Source of the DNA: Patescibacteria group bacterium | Lineage (GTDB): Bacteria > Patescibacteriota > Microgenomatia > UBA1400 > PJMF01 | DNA length: 44,213 bases | Assembly: GCA_039714855.1 (NCBI GenBank) | Contig: JBDLIL010000003.1 | Coordinates: forward strand, 1 to 44,213 | Direction: 5' to 3' | Shown: positions 26,524 through 36,224 of the stretch, piece after piece | How the letters are laid out: each line of letters opens with the position of its first letter | How positions within the stretch are numbered: position 1 is the stretch's first letter | Notes under the pieces: model-generated | The model's input: the letters and a program-made list of their open reading frames with translations, nothing else | What the model was told of the DNA's origin: nothing | Databases searched by the model: none | Program-made: the position numbers and the translations under genes

Positions 26524-26654
26524 GAAGCAATTGGATCTTAGTAGATCATAATAGTTACTGAGTGTACTAGTTACTAAGTGTACAAGTTGTTTGATTTACT
26601 AGTATTGCGAGAACTTGTATACTTGTATCCTTATTAACTTGTAAACTTAACCCC

Positions 26655-27299
26655 ATGCAAATAATTACATTTTTTATCGATTTTATTCTTCATATAGATG
26701 AACATATGGTAGACATAGTAACCCAGTATGGAACTTTAACTTATGGAATTCTCTTTTCTATTATTTTTGCAGAAACAGGCTTGGTAGTTACTCCCTTTTT
26801 GCCGGGAGATTCGCTACTTTTTGCAGTGGGAGCCTTAGCGGCCTTAGGTTCTTTTAATTTGCCACTGATTTTATTTTTGCTTTCTGTTGCGGCTATACTT
26901 GGTGACACTGTGAACTATGCAATTGGAAAATATTTTGGTCAAAAAATAGTGGATAATCCCAAAATTCCTTTCGTCAATCAGCAGCACATAGATGAGACGC
27001 AAGCTTTTTATAAAAAGCACGGGGGCAAAACTATTATTCTAGCTCGCTTTGTGCCTATAGTTAGAACCTTTGCACCATTTGTGGCAGGTGTGGGTAAAAT
27101 GGACTATCCTAAATTTGTTAGTTACAACGTGATTGGTGGCTTAATTTGGATTTTCTCTTTTACTTTGCTGGGGTATTTCTTTGGCAATATTCCTGCTGTG
27201 GCACATAATTTCACCCTAGTTATTCTAGGCATAATTGCAATGTCTGTATTGCCAATGGTTTATGAGTATGTGAAGGCGAAGAGAAAAAAGATTAAATAA
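26655..27299 (+). CDS. dedA: DedA-family membrane protein
   Basis: FAETGL...PFLPGDSLLF, GD.VNY.IG and ARFVPIVRTFAPFVAG. Confidence 0.95.
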   Translation: MQIITFFIDFILHIDEHMVDIVTQYGTLTYGILFSIIFAETGLVVTPFLPGDSLLFAVGALAALGSFNLPLILFLLSVAAILGDTVNYAIGKYFGQKIVDNPKIPFVNQQHIDETQAFYKKHGGKTIILARFVPIVRTFAPFVAGVGKMDYPKFVSYNVIGGLIWIFSFTLLGYFFGNIPAVAHNFTLVILGIIAMSVLPMVYEYVKAKRKKIK

Positions 27300-28977
27300 G
27301 TGCTCGTCCCGTCATACTACTTGGTTTTTGAATTCCCATAATGGAAAGTATAGTGGGGGCCACATCAGAAAGGATTCCTTGTGGCAATGTAGCAGGATTA
27401 CTTTCAAAACGTTTTCCAATAATTAAAAGTGGTACGGGATTATTAGAATGCTCTGTGTCAGTTTTTCCAGTTTGGTTATTTATTAGCTCTTCGACATTGC
27501 CATGATCTCCCGTTATTAAAATCACTCCTCCTTTTGGATAAACAGCATTTACAATTCTTCCCACAATCTCGTCAGTGATTTCACAAGTTTTTATGGAAGC
27601 CTGTAAATTTCCGGTATGGGCAACCATATCGGGGTTGGCAAAATTCGCAATAATCACATCGTATTTATCTTCAGCTATTTTTTCTAGCATTGCATTCGCT
27701 AGCTCATAGGCACTCATTTCAGGTATTTCATCATAAGACTTAACACCTTTAGAAGGAATAATAATTCTATCTTCTCCAGGATACTGGATATTTTTTTGGC
27801 CATTCATAGAATAAGTTACAAAACGCTCTTTTTCAGTTTCTGACATTCTTAGTTGTCGCAAACCAAAATCTGAAAATACTTTACAAATAGGATTTTCAAT
27901 CAATTGTGGTGAGAAAGCTACATCTACAGGCAGATGCTTCTCATACTGAGTCATGGTGGTGAAATAAAGATTTTTCAGTATTTTTTTTCTTTGAAATGTG
28001 TTCTCAGGACTTGTGTTCCGAGGATTGTTTCCTTCTTCTGAATAAGGATCAAACTGCGGATTAGTTCCTTTTTCAAAATCACTTAGAGTGAATGCTCTAG
28101 TTAGCTCTCTAGGTCTATCAATTCTATAATTGAAAAATATTACGGCATCGCTATCTGAGACTAAGTTTTTCTGTCCACTTTCATCAACTATGAGTACCGG
28201 CTCAATAAACTCATCAGTGGTGTCGCGAGCATATTGTTCATTAATAGCGGTGACAGGATCTGATGATTCAAGTCCTTCTCCAAGGACCAATGCATGATAG
28301 GTTTTACCGATTCTGTCCCAGCGTTTATCTCTATCCATAGCATAATATCTACCTGTAAGACTAGCGATTTTACCTACACCAATTTTTTGGCATTCTTTTT
28401 GAATATTTTTAATTGTCTCTATTCCTGCAGTGGGTGGGGAATCTCTGCCATCCGTGAAACCATGAATATATACCTCTGTTACCCCTTGTTCTTTGACTAA
28501 GTTTAATAACGCATAAAGATGTTCAATATTTGAGTGAACTTCTCCTTCACCGATGAGTCCCATAATATGTAATTTAGATTTATGTTGTTGCACATGTTTA
28601 CAAGTATTAATGAGAGCATGATTATTAAAAAAAGATCGGTCTAGAATAGCAGTATCGATTCGAGGCAAATTTTGATAAACAATAGTGCCCGCACCCATAT
28701 TCAAGTGACCAGTTTCCGTATTGCCATCTTCGTCTTTTGGTAAACCCACATATTCTCCGCTGGCTCCCAATTGGGTATGAGGAAACTTGAGCCAGTAACT
28801 ATCTATGTTAGGAGTTTGAGCACGTTCTATAGCATTACCGGCGTTTTTGGGACCAATCCCCCAGCCATCAAGAATGAGTAATACCACTGGTTTGGGACCA
28901 TAATAATCTTGCTTAGGATTAAGTTCGTCAAAATCTTTGTTTGTGATAATAGGGGTGGTGTTAAATTGTTGGATCAT
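27292..28977 (-). CDS. gpmI: 2,3-BPG-independent phosphoglycerate mutase (Thr at the catalytic Ser position)
   Basis: ILDGWG, GNTETGH, TDGRD, GRYYAMDRD.RW, NPDMVAH and GDHGN. Confidence 0.92.
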   Translation of the reverse strand: MIQQFNTTPIITNKDFDELNPKQDYYGPKPVVLLILDGWGIGPKNAGNAIERAQTPNIDSYWLKFPHTQLGASGEYVGLPKDEDGNTETGHLNMGAGTIVYQNLPRIDTAILDRSFFNNHALINTCKHVQQHKSKLHIMGLIGEGEVHSNIEHLYALLNLVKEQGVTEVYIHGFTDGRDSPPTAGIETIKNIQKECQKIGVGKIASLTGRYYAMDRDKRWDRIGKTYHALVLGEGLESSDPVTAINEQYARDTTDEFIEPVLIVDESGQKNLVSDSDAVIFFNYRIDRPRELTRAFTLSDFEKGTNPQFDPYSEEGNNPRNTSPENTFQRKKILKNLYFTTMTQYEKHLPVDVAFSPQLIENPICKVFSDFGLRQLRMSETEKERFVTYSMNGQKNIQYPGEDRIIIPSKGVKSYDEIPEMSAYELANAMLEKIAEDKYDVIIANFANPDMVAHTGNLQASIKTCEITDEIVGRIVNAVYPKGGVILITGDHGNVEELINNQTGKTDTEHSNNPVPLLIIGKRFESNPATLPQGILSDVAPTILSIMGIQKPSSMTGRALI

Positions 28978-28986
28978 AAAATAAAC

Positions 28987-30249
28987 TCAGGATGACGTAT
29001 TCCTTAATTCTAAGTCTATAGACAAAAGGCGATTGTATTTAGCTGTTCTTTCGCCTCTATTGGGAGGGCCAAATTTTACATAATCAGCGCCTACTCCCAC
29101 AGCAAAATCAGCGATAAAATCATCGATAGTTTCGCCACTTCTGTGGGAAATAATAGTCTGCCAATTATTTGTTTTAGCTTGTTGAATGACCTGGATTGTT
29201 TCCATAATAGTTCCTACCTGATTTGGTTTTATTAGGATTGAGTTACAGAGTTTGTCTGCAGCTGCTTTTATCAGACGATTTTTATTGGTAACTAACAAGC
29301 TGTCACCTACTATACTGGTGCTTTCAGAAATTTGGTGGGTAAGTTTTTGCCATGAGTCAGTATCATCTTCATGAAAAGGATCCTCTATATACATAAGGTG
29401 ATAGAGTTTTTTCATTTTTAGATAATACTCAAGCATTTCTTGTGCTGAGTAAGGTTCCTCTCTATCTTTTAATTCGTATTTATTGTTTTTATAAAATTCA
29501 CCAGCGGCCACGTCTACTCCCAAAAATATATCTTGGGCAAAAGTGTAAGGAGTCATCTTGGCAGTTTCCACCAAGATCTCAAATGCATCAATGTTGTTAT
29601 ATAAATTGGGAGCGTATCCTCCACCTAAGCCTGTAGAGCGAATAGCTCCTTTTGACGCCAAAACCTCATCGAGTTTCTGAAAGAAGGTTACCGCCATATT
29701 TAATGAAGTATTGAAATCTAAATTTGTGGCAGGGATCAAATGAAATTCCTGTATATCTAAATTTCCGGTTCCATGCTTGCCACCATTAATTACCGAGTAA
29801 ACACAGCTAGGGATGTTGAGTGTGGAGCTTAGATTGTAGAGCTGATGAACATATTGATAAAGATTGAGCCCATTAGCTACAGCTCCAGCTTTTAAGATAG
29901 CTTGAGAGACGGCCAAGGTGGCATTAGCACCCAAGCGAGATTTATTATTAGTACCATCCAGAGTAATCAAAAGTTGATCATGCTCATTTTGTTTACTGGG
30001 ATCTTTGCCAATTAGTTGTGGAGCGATTACGGTATTGATGTTGGCTACAGCTGTCAAAACTCCTTTGCCCAGCATGCGAGTAGCATCATTATCCCGCAGT
30101 TCTACTGCTTCATATTTACCTTTGGAGGTTCCCGATGGAACGCTGCTAATCACGGATTGGCCAGTATCCAGCCAAATACTACATTCTACCGTAGGAATAC
30201 CTCTAGAATCCAAAATCTCTCTAGCATAAATGTGTTGAATATTTGACAT
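28987..30249 (-). CDS. eno: Enolase homolog (GDEGG motif altered to GLGGG)
   Basis: REILDSRG.PTVE, EAVELRD, NGGKH, QEF, IEDPF, LIKPNQVGT, SHRSGET and ER.AKYN.L. Confidence 0.9.
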   Translation of the reverse strand: MSNIQHIYAREILDSRGIPTVECSIWLDTGQSVISSVPSGTSKGKYEAVELRDNDATRMLGKGVLTAVANINTVIAPQLIGKDPSKQNEHDQLLITLDGTNNKSRLGANATLAVSQAILKAGAVANGLNLYQYVHQLYNLSSTLNIPSCVYSVINGGKHGTGNLDIQEFHLIPATNLDFNTSLNMAVTFFQKLDEVLASKGAIRSTGLGGGYAPNLYNNIDAFEILVETAKMTPYTFAQDIFLGVDVAAGEFYKNNKYELKDREEPYSAQEMLEYYLKMKKLYHLMYIEDPFHEDDTDSWQKLTHQISESTSIVGDSLLVTNKNRLIKAAADKLCNSILIKPNQVGTIMETIQVIQQAKTNNWQTIISHRSGETIDDFIADFAVGVGADYVKFGPPNRGERTAKYNRLLSIDLELRNTSS

Positions 30250-30252
30250 ATA

Positions 30253-31839
30253 TTAGCGACCAATTATTAACTCTTCTTCTATTTCAAAAATGCGTTTTTT
30301 GAAATATTGCAATTGATTTTGCTTTACTAGTATGCTGCTAATGTGTTTTCGCAGCAGATAGTTTAAAAATTCATTGTCAATTTTTTCTAATTGTATTTGT
30401 ATATGAAAGTTTCTCTTAGAAGTATGCACTTTTTCAAAAAAGCGATCAAGCAGTTTTTTTATTAGATTTGTATCAAAAGTATAAAGATTATTTATATTAC
30501 TAGTGTTCTGATCAATGCCTTTTAAAAATAAATCTATACTTTTTAAATTTAACGAAAATCCAGCAATGGGGTATGGGAGATAAGCTTCTATTTCTAGCAA
30601 TGGAGCGGGACTGGCAAATTCTAGTAATACCGGTTGCTTATTAAGACTTTGTTTGAGCAAGAGAAGTTCATGAACTGTTCTCACAAATGGTAATACCAGC
30701 TTGCTGTTTTTATTTTTTGATTTGCTTTTCTCAAAATTTCCTATTTCTTTTTTTAATAAATTGGGATTACTAAGCAACTCTATACTCTGAGCTTTGGGAA
30801 AATATATCTGATTTTCGTCAGAGTTTTTTACTAATACTTGAGTGTTGGTTTTTTGATTTTTCCAGCCAGAGTCTGATCGGTTTTTGGCCGATACTTTTAG
30901 CTGCTCACTAGTCTGTGGATCTTTTGTAATTCCTAATATATAAATTTTATTTTTTTCACTTGCCCATTCCAAGGCTACATGATTGATGCTTTTTCTTTTT
31001 GAAATTGAGACATACTTTGCTATTTCTAGCACTTGCTTGTCACTCAAAGAGGCAAGGAGTTGTTTATTTTTAGAAACTTTTTTTATTTTCAAAGAATCTA
31101 GTTTTCTTTTGTGCTGACTAGTTTTAATAGCAAGGTCGCGTAAAATAATATTTTGACTAGAAAAACTAACAAAGAATTTATCTATTTCTTGTATCTGACT
31201 TATATTGTCTGCAATACCCCAAACAGAATAAATGCTAATTATGCTTTTTCCCAAGCCTTCTACATTGCTTGTAAAAGCAATGCCCGCACTATCAGATTGA
31301 ATCATTTTTTGAATAATGATGGTAGTGGAAGCAAATTGTCCGGATTTGATTTCCTGATATCTTTTTTTGAGTAAGGAGACATCAAAATGATCTGCCCATA
31401 CAGAAGTAACAGAGTGCAACAAATTAGCATCACCCTTGACGTTTAAATAAGCGTTTTTGAGAGAGTCTTCAGTTTTTGCTAATGGGCTCAAGCGAATTGC
31501 TACAAAATCACTTTTAAAACGTTGCTGATATTCAGATATGAGTTGTTTTGTTAGCTCTCTGGGATATTTTAGAGTTTTTATGTAATTTTTAATTAATTTG
31601 CTACTAGCTTCAACGCTGTGTGAGTTTTCCCAATCTGTGCTATCCAGTTGTTCAAGGAATTTGTCTTCTAATTTATTAAAAAATAAGATATCTTTGAGAA
31701 TCTTGCTGGGGATTACTAGGCTTTCTGGTACAGGTAATTTTAATTTGTAAAGTTGACCAATCTGTGCTGCCTTATTGCCAATATAACGGGCATTAATCTG
31801 AGAGAATTCTGCTAAAGCCAATAACGGAATTGAAGGCAT
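30253..31839 (-). CDS. Degenerate PEP synthase/PPDK-like protein
   Basis: IG.KAA.IG.L, PVP, IQKMI.S..AG.AF, EWA and C-terminal PFVRT..EL. No phospho-His (TSHAAI-type) swivel motif is visible. Confidence 0.75.
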   Translation of the reverse strand: MPSIPLLALAEFSQINARYIGNKAAQIGQLYKLKLPVPESLVIPSKILKDILFFNKLEDKFLEQLDSTDWENSHSVEASSKLIKNYIKTLKYPRELTKQLISEYQQRFKSDFVAIRLSPLAKTEDSLKNAYLNVKGDANLLHSVTSVWADHFDVSLLKKRYQEIKSGQFASTTIIIQKMIQSDSAGIAFTSNVEGLGKSIISIYSVWGIADNISQIQEIDKFFVSFSSQNIILRDLAIKTSQHKRKLDSLKIKKVSKNKQLLASLSDKQVLEIAKYVSISKRKSINHVALEWASEKNKIYILGITKDPQTSEQLKVSAKNRSDSGWKNQKTNTQVLVKNSDENQIYFPKAQSIELLSNPNLLKKEIGNFEKSKSKNKNSKLVLPFVRTVHELLLLKQSLNKQPVLLEFASPAPLLEIEAYLPYPIAGFSLNLKSIDLFLKGIDQNTSNINNLYTFDTNLIKKLLDRFFEKVHTSKRNFHIQIQLEKIDNEFLNYLLRKHISSILVKQNQLQYFKKRIFEIEEELIIGR

Positions 31840-31892
31840 GTATTAATAGTAGCATTTTGAAAAAGAATAAAGAATAAAGAATAAAACTTTGT

Positions 31893-33131
31893 TCAGCCCA
31901 GTGTTTCTTTATGATCAAGATTTTTGGATACCACTTGATTTGGCAAAACAATTGCCTCTGAGCCTATTAAAACCCCTGGCATAGTGTTACTACTGATGCC
32001 TAATTTGGCTCCATTGCCAACAATTGCACCCAAAGTTCTTCTATGAGTGGAAAGCATTTTGTTTTTTACTTTGGTTTGAATTATTTTTCTATCCAGGCGT
32101 TTGTTGGCCGTAATAATGCCAGCACCAATGCGCACATTTTTGCCAATAATGGAGTCGGCTATGTAGCCAAAATGAAAACTGGAGTTTTCCATCATGATGG
32201 AGCGTACCAATTCACTGTTGGCTCCAACTACGGCCTTTTTTTCTAGACTGCTTTGCCTCACAAATGAAAAGTCTCCTACCAATGAGTGAGGCCCCAAATA
32301 ACATGGTCCCACTACTCTAGCACTATGGCCCACTCTAGCTCCTTCGGCTATATGCACTGCTCCAGCCTCTTCATCTATTATCGCAGTGCTAGAAATGTCG
32401 GCAGTAGGGTGTTTAAATGATTTTAATTGCGCAAATAAAGCTTTTTGAAAGTCAAATAATTGCCATGGTAGTTTGAGAGAGGGAAATTCTTCTTCAAAAG
32501 TTACTAGAGATATGGCTTTTTTCTTTAGTATTTTGTCTATTGCAAGTTCAAAAGAGTATTCCTCACTGGGTGTTTCTTTCAGGGTTTGCAGATAATTTTG
32601 GTCCAAAAGATAGACAGCTTCTATTTTGACATCTGATGGCTCTGTGCCCTTTGCGGGTTTTTCTACTAAGCCAACTGCCTTGCCATCTTTCATTTCAAAA
32701 ATTCCATATAGCCAAGGTTGCTCTACGGGGAGGCCGCAAAGAACCATATCTTCTTTTTTTTCTAGAAACTTATTAGATATTTCTCCAGCATTTATTAGAG
32801 TTGGTCTAATCACCAAAAATTGATCCTTTAAAAATTCTTTAGCAGCTAAAACAGCATCACCCATCCCTATAGCTTCTTTTTGTAGTACTAAATTAATTGC
32901 TAAATCGGATTCAAAATCTTCTAATAATTTGCTCAAGCCCTTGCCGTCGTGATCCCTTTCTGAGATTACTATGACAATATCTTTGTATCCATGCTGCTCT
33001 AGATTTTTTAGAGTCCTAAGGATAATGGGTTCTCCAAACAAACTCAGAGTGCTTTTGTGTGGACCATTATTAAAAGGAAAAAAGCGAGAATTTTTACCAG
33101 CGGCCAAGATTACGACTGTGGGTTTGTTCAT
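31893..33131 (-). CDS. Bifunctional sugar-1-phosphate nucleotidyltransferase/acetyltransferase (archaeal GlmU-like)
   Basis: ILAAG...RF.P, YG, VEKP, PW, a hexapeptide-repeat C-terminus, YIADSIIG and GAG..TAN.R.D. Confidence 0.88.
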   Translation of the reverse strand: MNKPTVVILAAGKNSRFFPFNNGPHKSTLSLFGEPIILRTLKNLEQHGYKDIVIVISERDHDGKGLSKLLEDFESDLAINLVLQKEAIGMGDAVLAAKEFLKDQFLVIRPTLINAGEISNKFLEKKEDMVLCGLPVEQPWLYGIFEMKDGKAVGLVEKPAKGTEPSDVKIEAVYLLDQNYLQTLKETPSEEYSFELAIDKILKKKAISLVTFEEEFPSLKLPWQLFDFQKALFAQLKSFKHPTADISSTAIIDEEAGAVHIAEGARVGHSARVVGPCYLGPHSLVGDFSFVRQSSLEKKAVVGANSELVRSIMMENSSFHFGYIADSIIGKNVRIGAGIITANKRLDRKIIQTKVKNKMLSTHRRTLGAIVGNGAKLGISSNTMPGVLIGSEAIVLPNQVVSKNLDHKETLG

Positions 33132-33136
33132 ATGAT

Positions 33137-33742
33137 TTATTTTATCACTTTTTCTAATTTGCCAAGATTGTGAATAGTTGCAAATTTTTCATGCTTTTTA
33201 TCAGACTTTCTGTTGATCCAGATCACTTGAATATCATTTCTAAGCTCTAAAATTTTTTCTAAATATTCTGGCTTATCGTCAATAATAACACTAGCAGGAA
33301 ATTTAGTGACAAGCTTGGGGCTTATTTTGTTGCTACTGATAAAAGTAATTTTGGGGTCAAAATAGTTTATTAATCCTGAAAGTTTTAGTTTTTTCTCTTG
33401 CCACAAAATCACAGCTTCAGTAAAAGTTCCCAGCTGATATCTTCCTCTCATGGCATCTAGAGTTGCTAGGGTGTCGGGGTAAAGCGATTGCTCAAATAAT
33501 TCTCTTTTGAAAAATATTTCTTCTAACTTTTTTTCATCAACATTAAATTCTTTGGCCAAAGTTTCTAGGTAGTCCCAGGGGTTAAATGCTGTTCTAGTGA
33601 TGCTGCTGCGATACTTTTTATAAACTTCTAATATTTTCTCAAGTGGTTGCTTTAGCTCTTCGGCCATAGCAAGGTCGGCCGACTTCATGAATTTTTTTGT
33701 ATCAAAAAGAGTGGAATCAATATCGAATAATACTGTCTTCAT
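33137..33742 (-). CDS. HAD-family hydrolase
   Basis: LFDIDSTLFD and IIDDKPE. Confidence 0.85.
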   Translation of the reverse strand: MKTVLFDIDSTLFDTKKFMKSADLAMAEELKQPLEKILEVYKKYRSSITRTAFNPWDYLETLAKEFNVDEKKLEEIFFKRELFEQSLYPDTLATLDAMRGRYQLGTFTEAVILWQEKKLKLSGLINYFDPKITFISSNKISPKLVTKFPASVIIDDKPEYLEKILELRNDIQVIWINRKSDKKHEKFATIHNLGKLEKVIK

Positions 33743-33990
33743 AGTGCCTTATATCTTTCTATAGCAGCATAGCAGTTTCTGAATGCTAGCGGCTCAGGAA
33801 AGCTATCTTTGCTAAACCATTGTAGCTCTGCCACGTCATCTTGGGCTTTGGGTTCTCCAGAAATAACTTTTAGTACGCAGTCTTCTACCGTTTCAGCAGC
33901 CTCTATAAAACCACCTACCAAGTCCCAGATTCCCTTTTGTGGTTCTATTCCTCGTTTGGCAAAAAGAAATTTGCCATCCTTTTCTATCAT
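33739..33990 (-). pseudogene. NUDIX hydrolase remnant with an in-frame deletion of the RExxEE half of the Nudix box
   Basis: KRGIEPQKG.WDLVGGFIEAAETVEDCVL joins directly to KVISGEPKAQDDVAELQWF. Confidence 0.7.
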
Positions 33991-34008
33991 AAGAATGATT
34001 TATCATTT

Positions 34009-35421
34009 TTAATGACTGGCAATTGGGTTAGACCAATCTAAATCAACTCCACGATCTGCCAAAGTTTGTTTGACGAGGGATTTTAGTTCTTCAAGCCGCT
34101 CGCTTGTTTTGGCCTCTACTCTACCAGTAATAAGTGCTTCGGTATTTGAGTTTCTAATTAAGAACCAACTATGATCTGGAAAAGTTACTCTAACCCCATC
34201 AATGTCCATGATCTCTGCATCAGCAAATTCTTTTCTAAATTTATCAATTATAGATTTAATAATAGTAAACTTATTATTATCTTCTTCATCTGCGCATGGC
34301 ACCCTGAATTCAGGAGTACTTACATAGTTAGGCATACTGGCTACCAGCTGAGAAACAGTTTTATTTTGCTTTGAGAAAAACTCCACGAATCTTGCAGCTG
34401 CATAGCTAGCATCATCAAAACCATAGTATTTATCTTTTAAGAAAAAGTGACCTGCGATTTCGTTACCCAGAAGTGCCCCTACTTCTTTCATTTTGGCAAT
34501 TACAAAAGGATAACCGGTTTTGCATAAGTGCACTTTAGCTCCAGCCTGCTCAAGCTGATCGATGGCAACTCTAGAAGTAGAAATATTAAAAGCAGCTTTT
34601 AAATCTGAGTGCTCTGCAATCATGCCAGTACCGATTAGGGCACCAATAAGATCATTGCTAACAAATTTCCCGCTTTCATCGTAAACTCCAAATCTGTCGC
34701 CATCTCCATCCATGGCAATGCCCATGTCAGCATTTTCTTCTTTTATTTTTTGCCCTAATTCTAAGTAAAAATCTTCTTTCTGTGGATAAGGAGGATGATT
34801 TGGGAAAGAGCCATCATGATCACAGTACATCTTAATAACCTCGCAGCCAATTTTTTCTAGTATTTTTTCTGTATGCTCACTACAAGTTCCATTGCCACAA
34901 TCAAGTACAACTTTTACTTTCTTACCCAATTTGATATCTCTTGTTGTTCTTTCAAAGTAATCCGGCCAAAGATCATCTTCGCTATATTCACCCTTTCTAT
35001 CAGCTTTTTTATGTTCTTGATTCAAAACTAAATCTCGAATAGCTTCATATTCAGCAGTACTAAAGTGAACTTTGTTAAAAGCTGCTTTAAATCCGTTATA
35101 TTCTGATGGATTGTGGGAGGCAGTAATGCTTACGCTAGCCTCTGCATTTCTTAAATACCAAGTGGCATAACTCATAGGTGTAGTTATTATGCCCAGGAAA
35201 ACAACATTCATGCCAGTTTCAAGCAGGCCCTTAACAAAATTTTCTTTTATTTCTTCACCATGAATTCTGTTGTCTCTGCCTACATAAACAGTTGAAGCTC
35301 CTTTTTCTTTGAAAAAAGTGCCCATTGCTAGGCCAATTTCATAAACGTCTTCTGGGAACATTTCTTTGTTCCACACGCCTCTAATATCGTAAGCTTTGAA
35401 AATTCCTGGATTACCTTTCAT
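34009..35421 (-). CDS. Phosphomannomutase/phosphoglucomutase
   Basis: FKAYDIRG, TASHNP..YNG.K, DGDGDR, GNEIAGH and DG.RV. Confidence 0.95.
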   Translation of the reverse strand: MKGNPGIFKAYDIRGVWNKEMFPEDVYEIGLAMGTFFKEKGASTVYVGRDNRIHGEEIKENFVKGLLETGMNVVFLGIITTPMSYATWYLRNAEASVSITASHNPSEYNGFKAAFNKVHFSTAEYEAIRDLVLNQEHKKADRKGEYSEDDLWPDYFERTTRDIKLGKKVKVVLDCGNGTCSEHTEKILEKIGCEVIKMYCDHDGSFPNHPPYPQKEDFYLELGQKIKEENADMGIAMDGDGDRFGVYDESGKFVSNDLIGALIGTGMIAEHSDLKAAFNISTSRVAIDQLEQAGAKVHLCKTGYPFVIAKMKEVGALLGNEIAGHFFLKDKYYGFDDASYAAARFVEFFSKQNKTVSQLVASMPNYVSTPEFRVPCADEEDNNKFTIIKSIIDKFRKEFADAEIMDIDGVRVTFPDHSWFLIRNSNTEALITGRVEAKTSERLEELKSLVKQTLADRGVDLDWSNPIASH

Positions 35422-35454
35422 AATTATCCTTTCTTCTTTCTTATAGAAGTCACT

Positions 35455-36177
35455 TTACATATTTATGATTAATAGTTCAAGTTCACTGCTAAGCGGCAAG
35501 ATATTTTTGCTAGTTTTTTGCTTCAAATCCAATTCAAATAATTGTTTATGAATATTTAATAATTTTTCTAAACTAAATCTAGAGCTTTGAGACTTTAGTT
35601 TAGATACTATAAATGGTGGTCCTTTAATCTGGCCACCGTCTTTGGCTTGAATTAGTAATCTAATTTGTCTAATTAGCATAGCCAGCAGCATAAAATCACC
35701 ATCTGATTTTAATACTTCTTTCATCATTTCTAGCTGCTGTTTTTGTTTATTATTTTGTCCTAAAATATCTAGAAACTTAAATAATTTATTACTTGTTTTA
35801 AAGCCAAAAACTTTAGCAGAAGGAAATTTTTTCAGCATAGTGGCTGTTAGCTGCCTAGATTCATATAAGATCACGTTTTCTAGATATTGGATACCTGCCT
35901 GCCGGCAGGCAAGGTCAGATATTAGATATTGGATTAGGTTTTTTTTGCGTTTGGAGCTCGGGAGCGAGTGCAGGCCCTCTATGATAATTAGTTGTTCTGA
36001 GCCGAAAAGACTAGTAGAGTTTAGTTCTAGTTCCAAGTTTTTTAATTCTAATTTTTTAGCCTCCAATCTTACAATATTTGTCATCCCGAGCGAAGTCGAG
36101 GGATCTTTGGCGTTGGTGATTAGCTCTAGCAACTTGGCTCTGGACTGGATAATATTATCGCCATGAATAATGATCAT
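35455..36177 (-). CDS. holA: DNA polymerase III delta subunit-like protein (short CPR form) with two in-frame palindrome insertions
   Basis: IIIHGD, SLFG..LIIIE and P.F...KL..Q...F....L......L.ELD...K. Confidence 0.75.
   Translation of the reverse strand: MIIIHGDNIIQSRAKLLELITNAKDPSTSLGMTNIVRLEAKKLELKNLELELNSTSLFGSEQLIIIEGLHSLPSSKRKKNLIQYLISDLACRQAGIQYLENVILYESRQLTATMLKKFPSAKVFGFKTSNKLFKFLDILGQNNKQKQQLEMMKEVLKSDGDFMLLAMLIRQIRLLIQAKDGGQIKGPPFIVSKLKSQSSRFSLEKLLNIHKQLFELDLKQKTSKNILPLSSELELLIINM
35894..35914. repeat. Palindrome CCTGCCTGCCGGCAGGCAAGG in-frame in holA (LACRQAG)
   Basis: Inverted repeat embedded in GATATT heptad repeats. Confidence 0.8.
36080..36106. repeat. REP-like GTCATCCCGAGCGAAGTCGAGGGATCT in-frame in holA (DPSTSLGMT)
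   Basis: Same family as 2990-3014. Confidence 0.8.
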
Positions 36178-36224
36178 ACTTATGAATCATAACTCATAAA
36201 TCACAATTCATATATAATACCCAA

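Noticed and set aside
26550-26645. Tandem 16-nt repeats as a possible CRISPR array
   Set aside because: There are only two adjacent units, no spacers and no cas genes.
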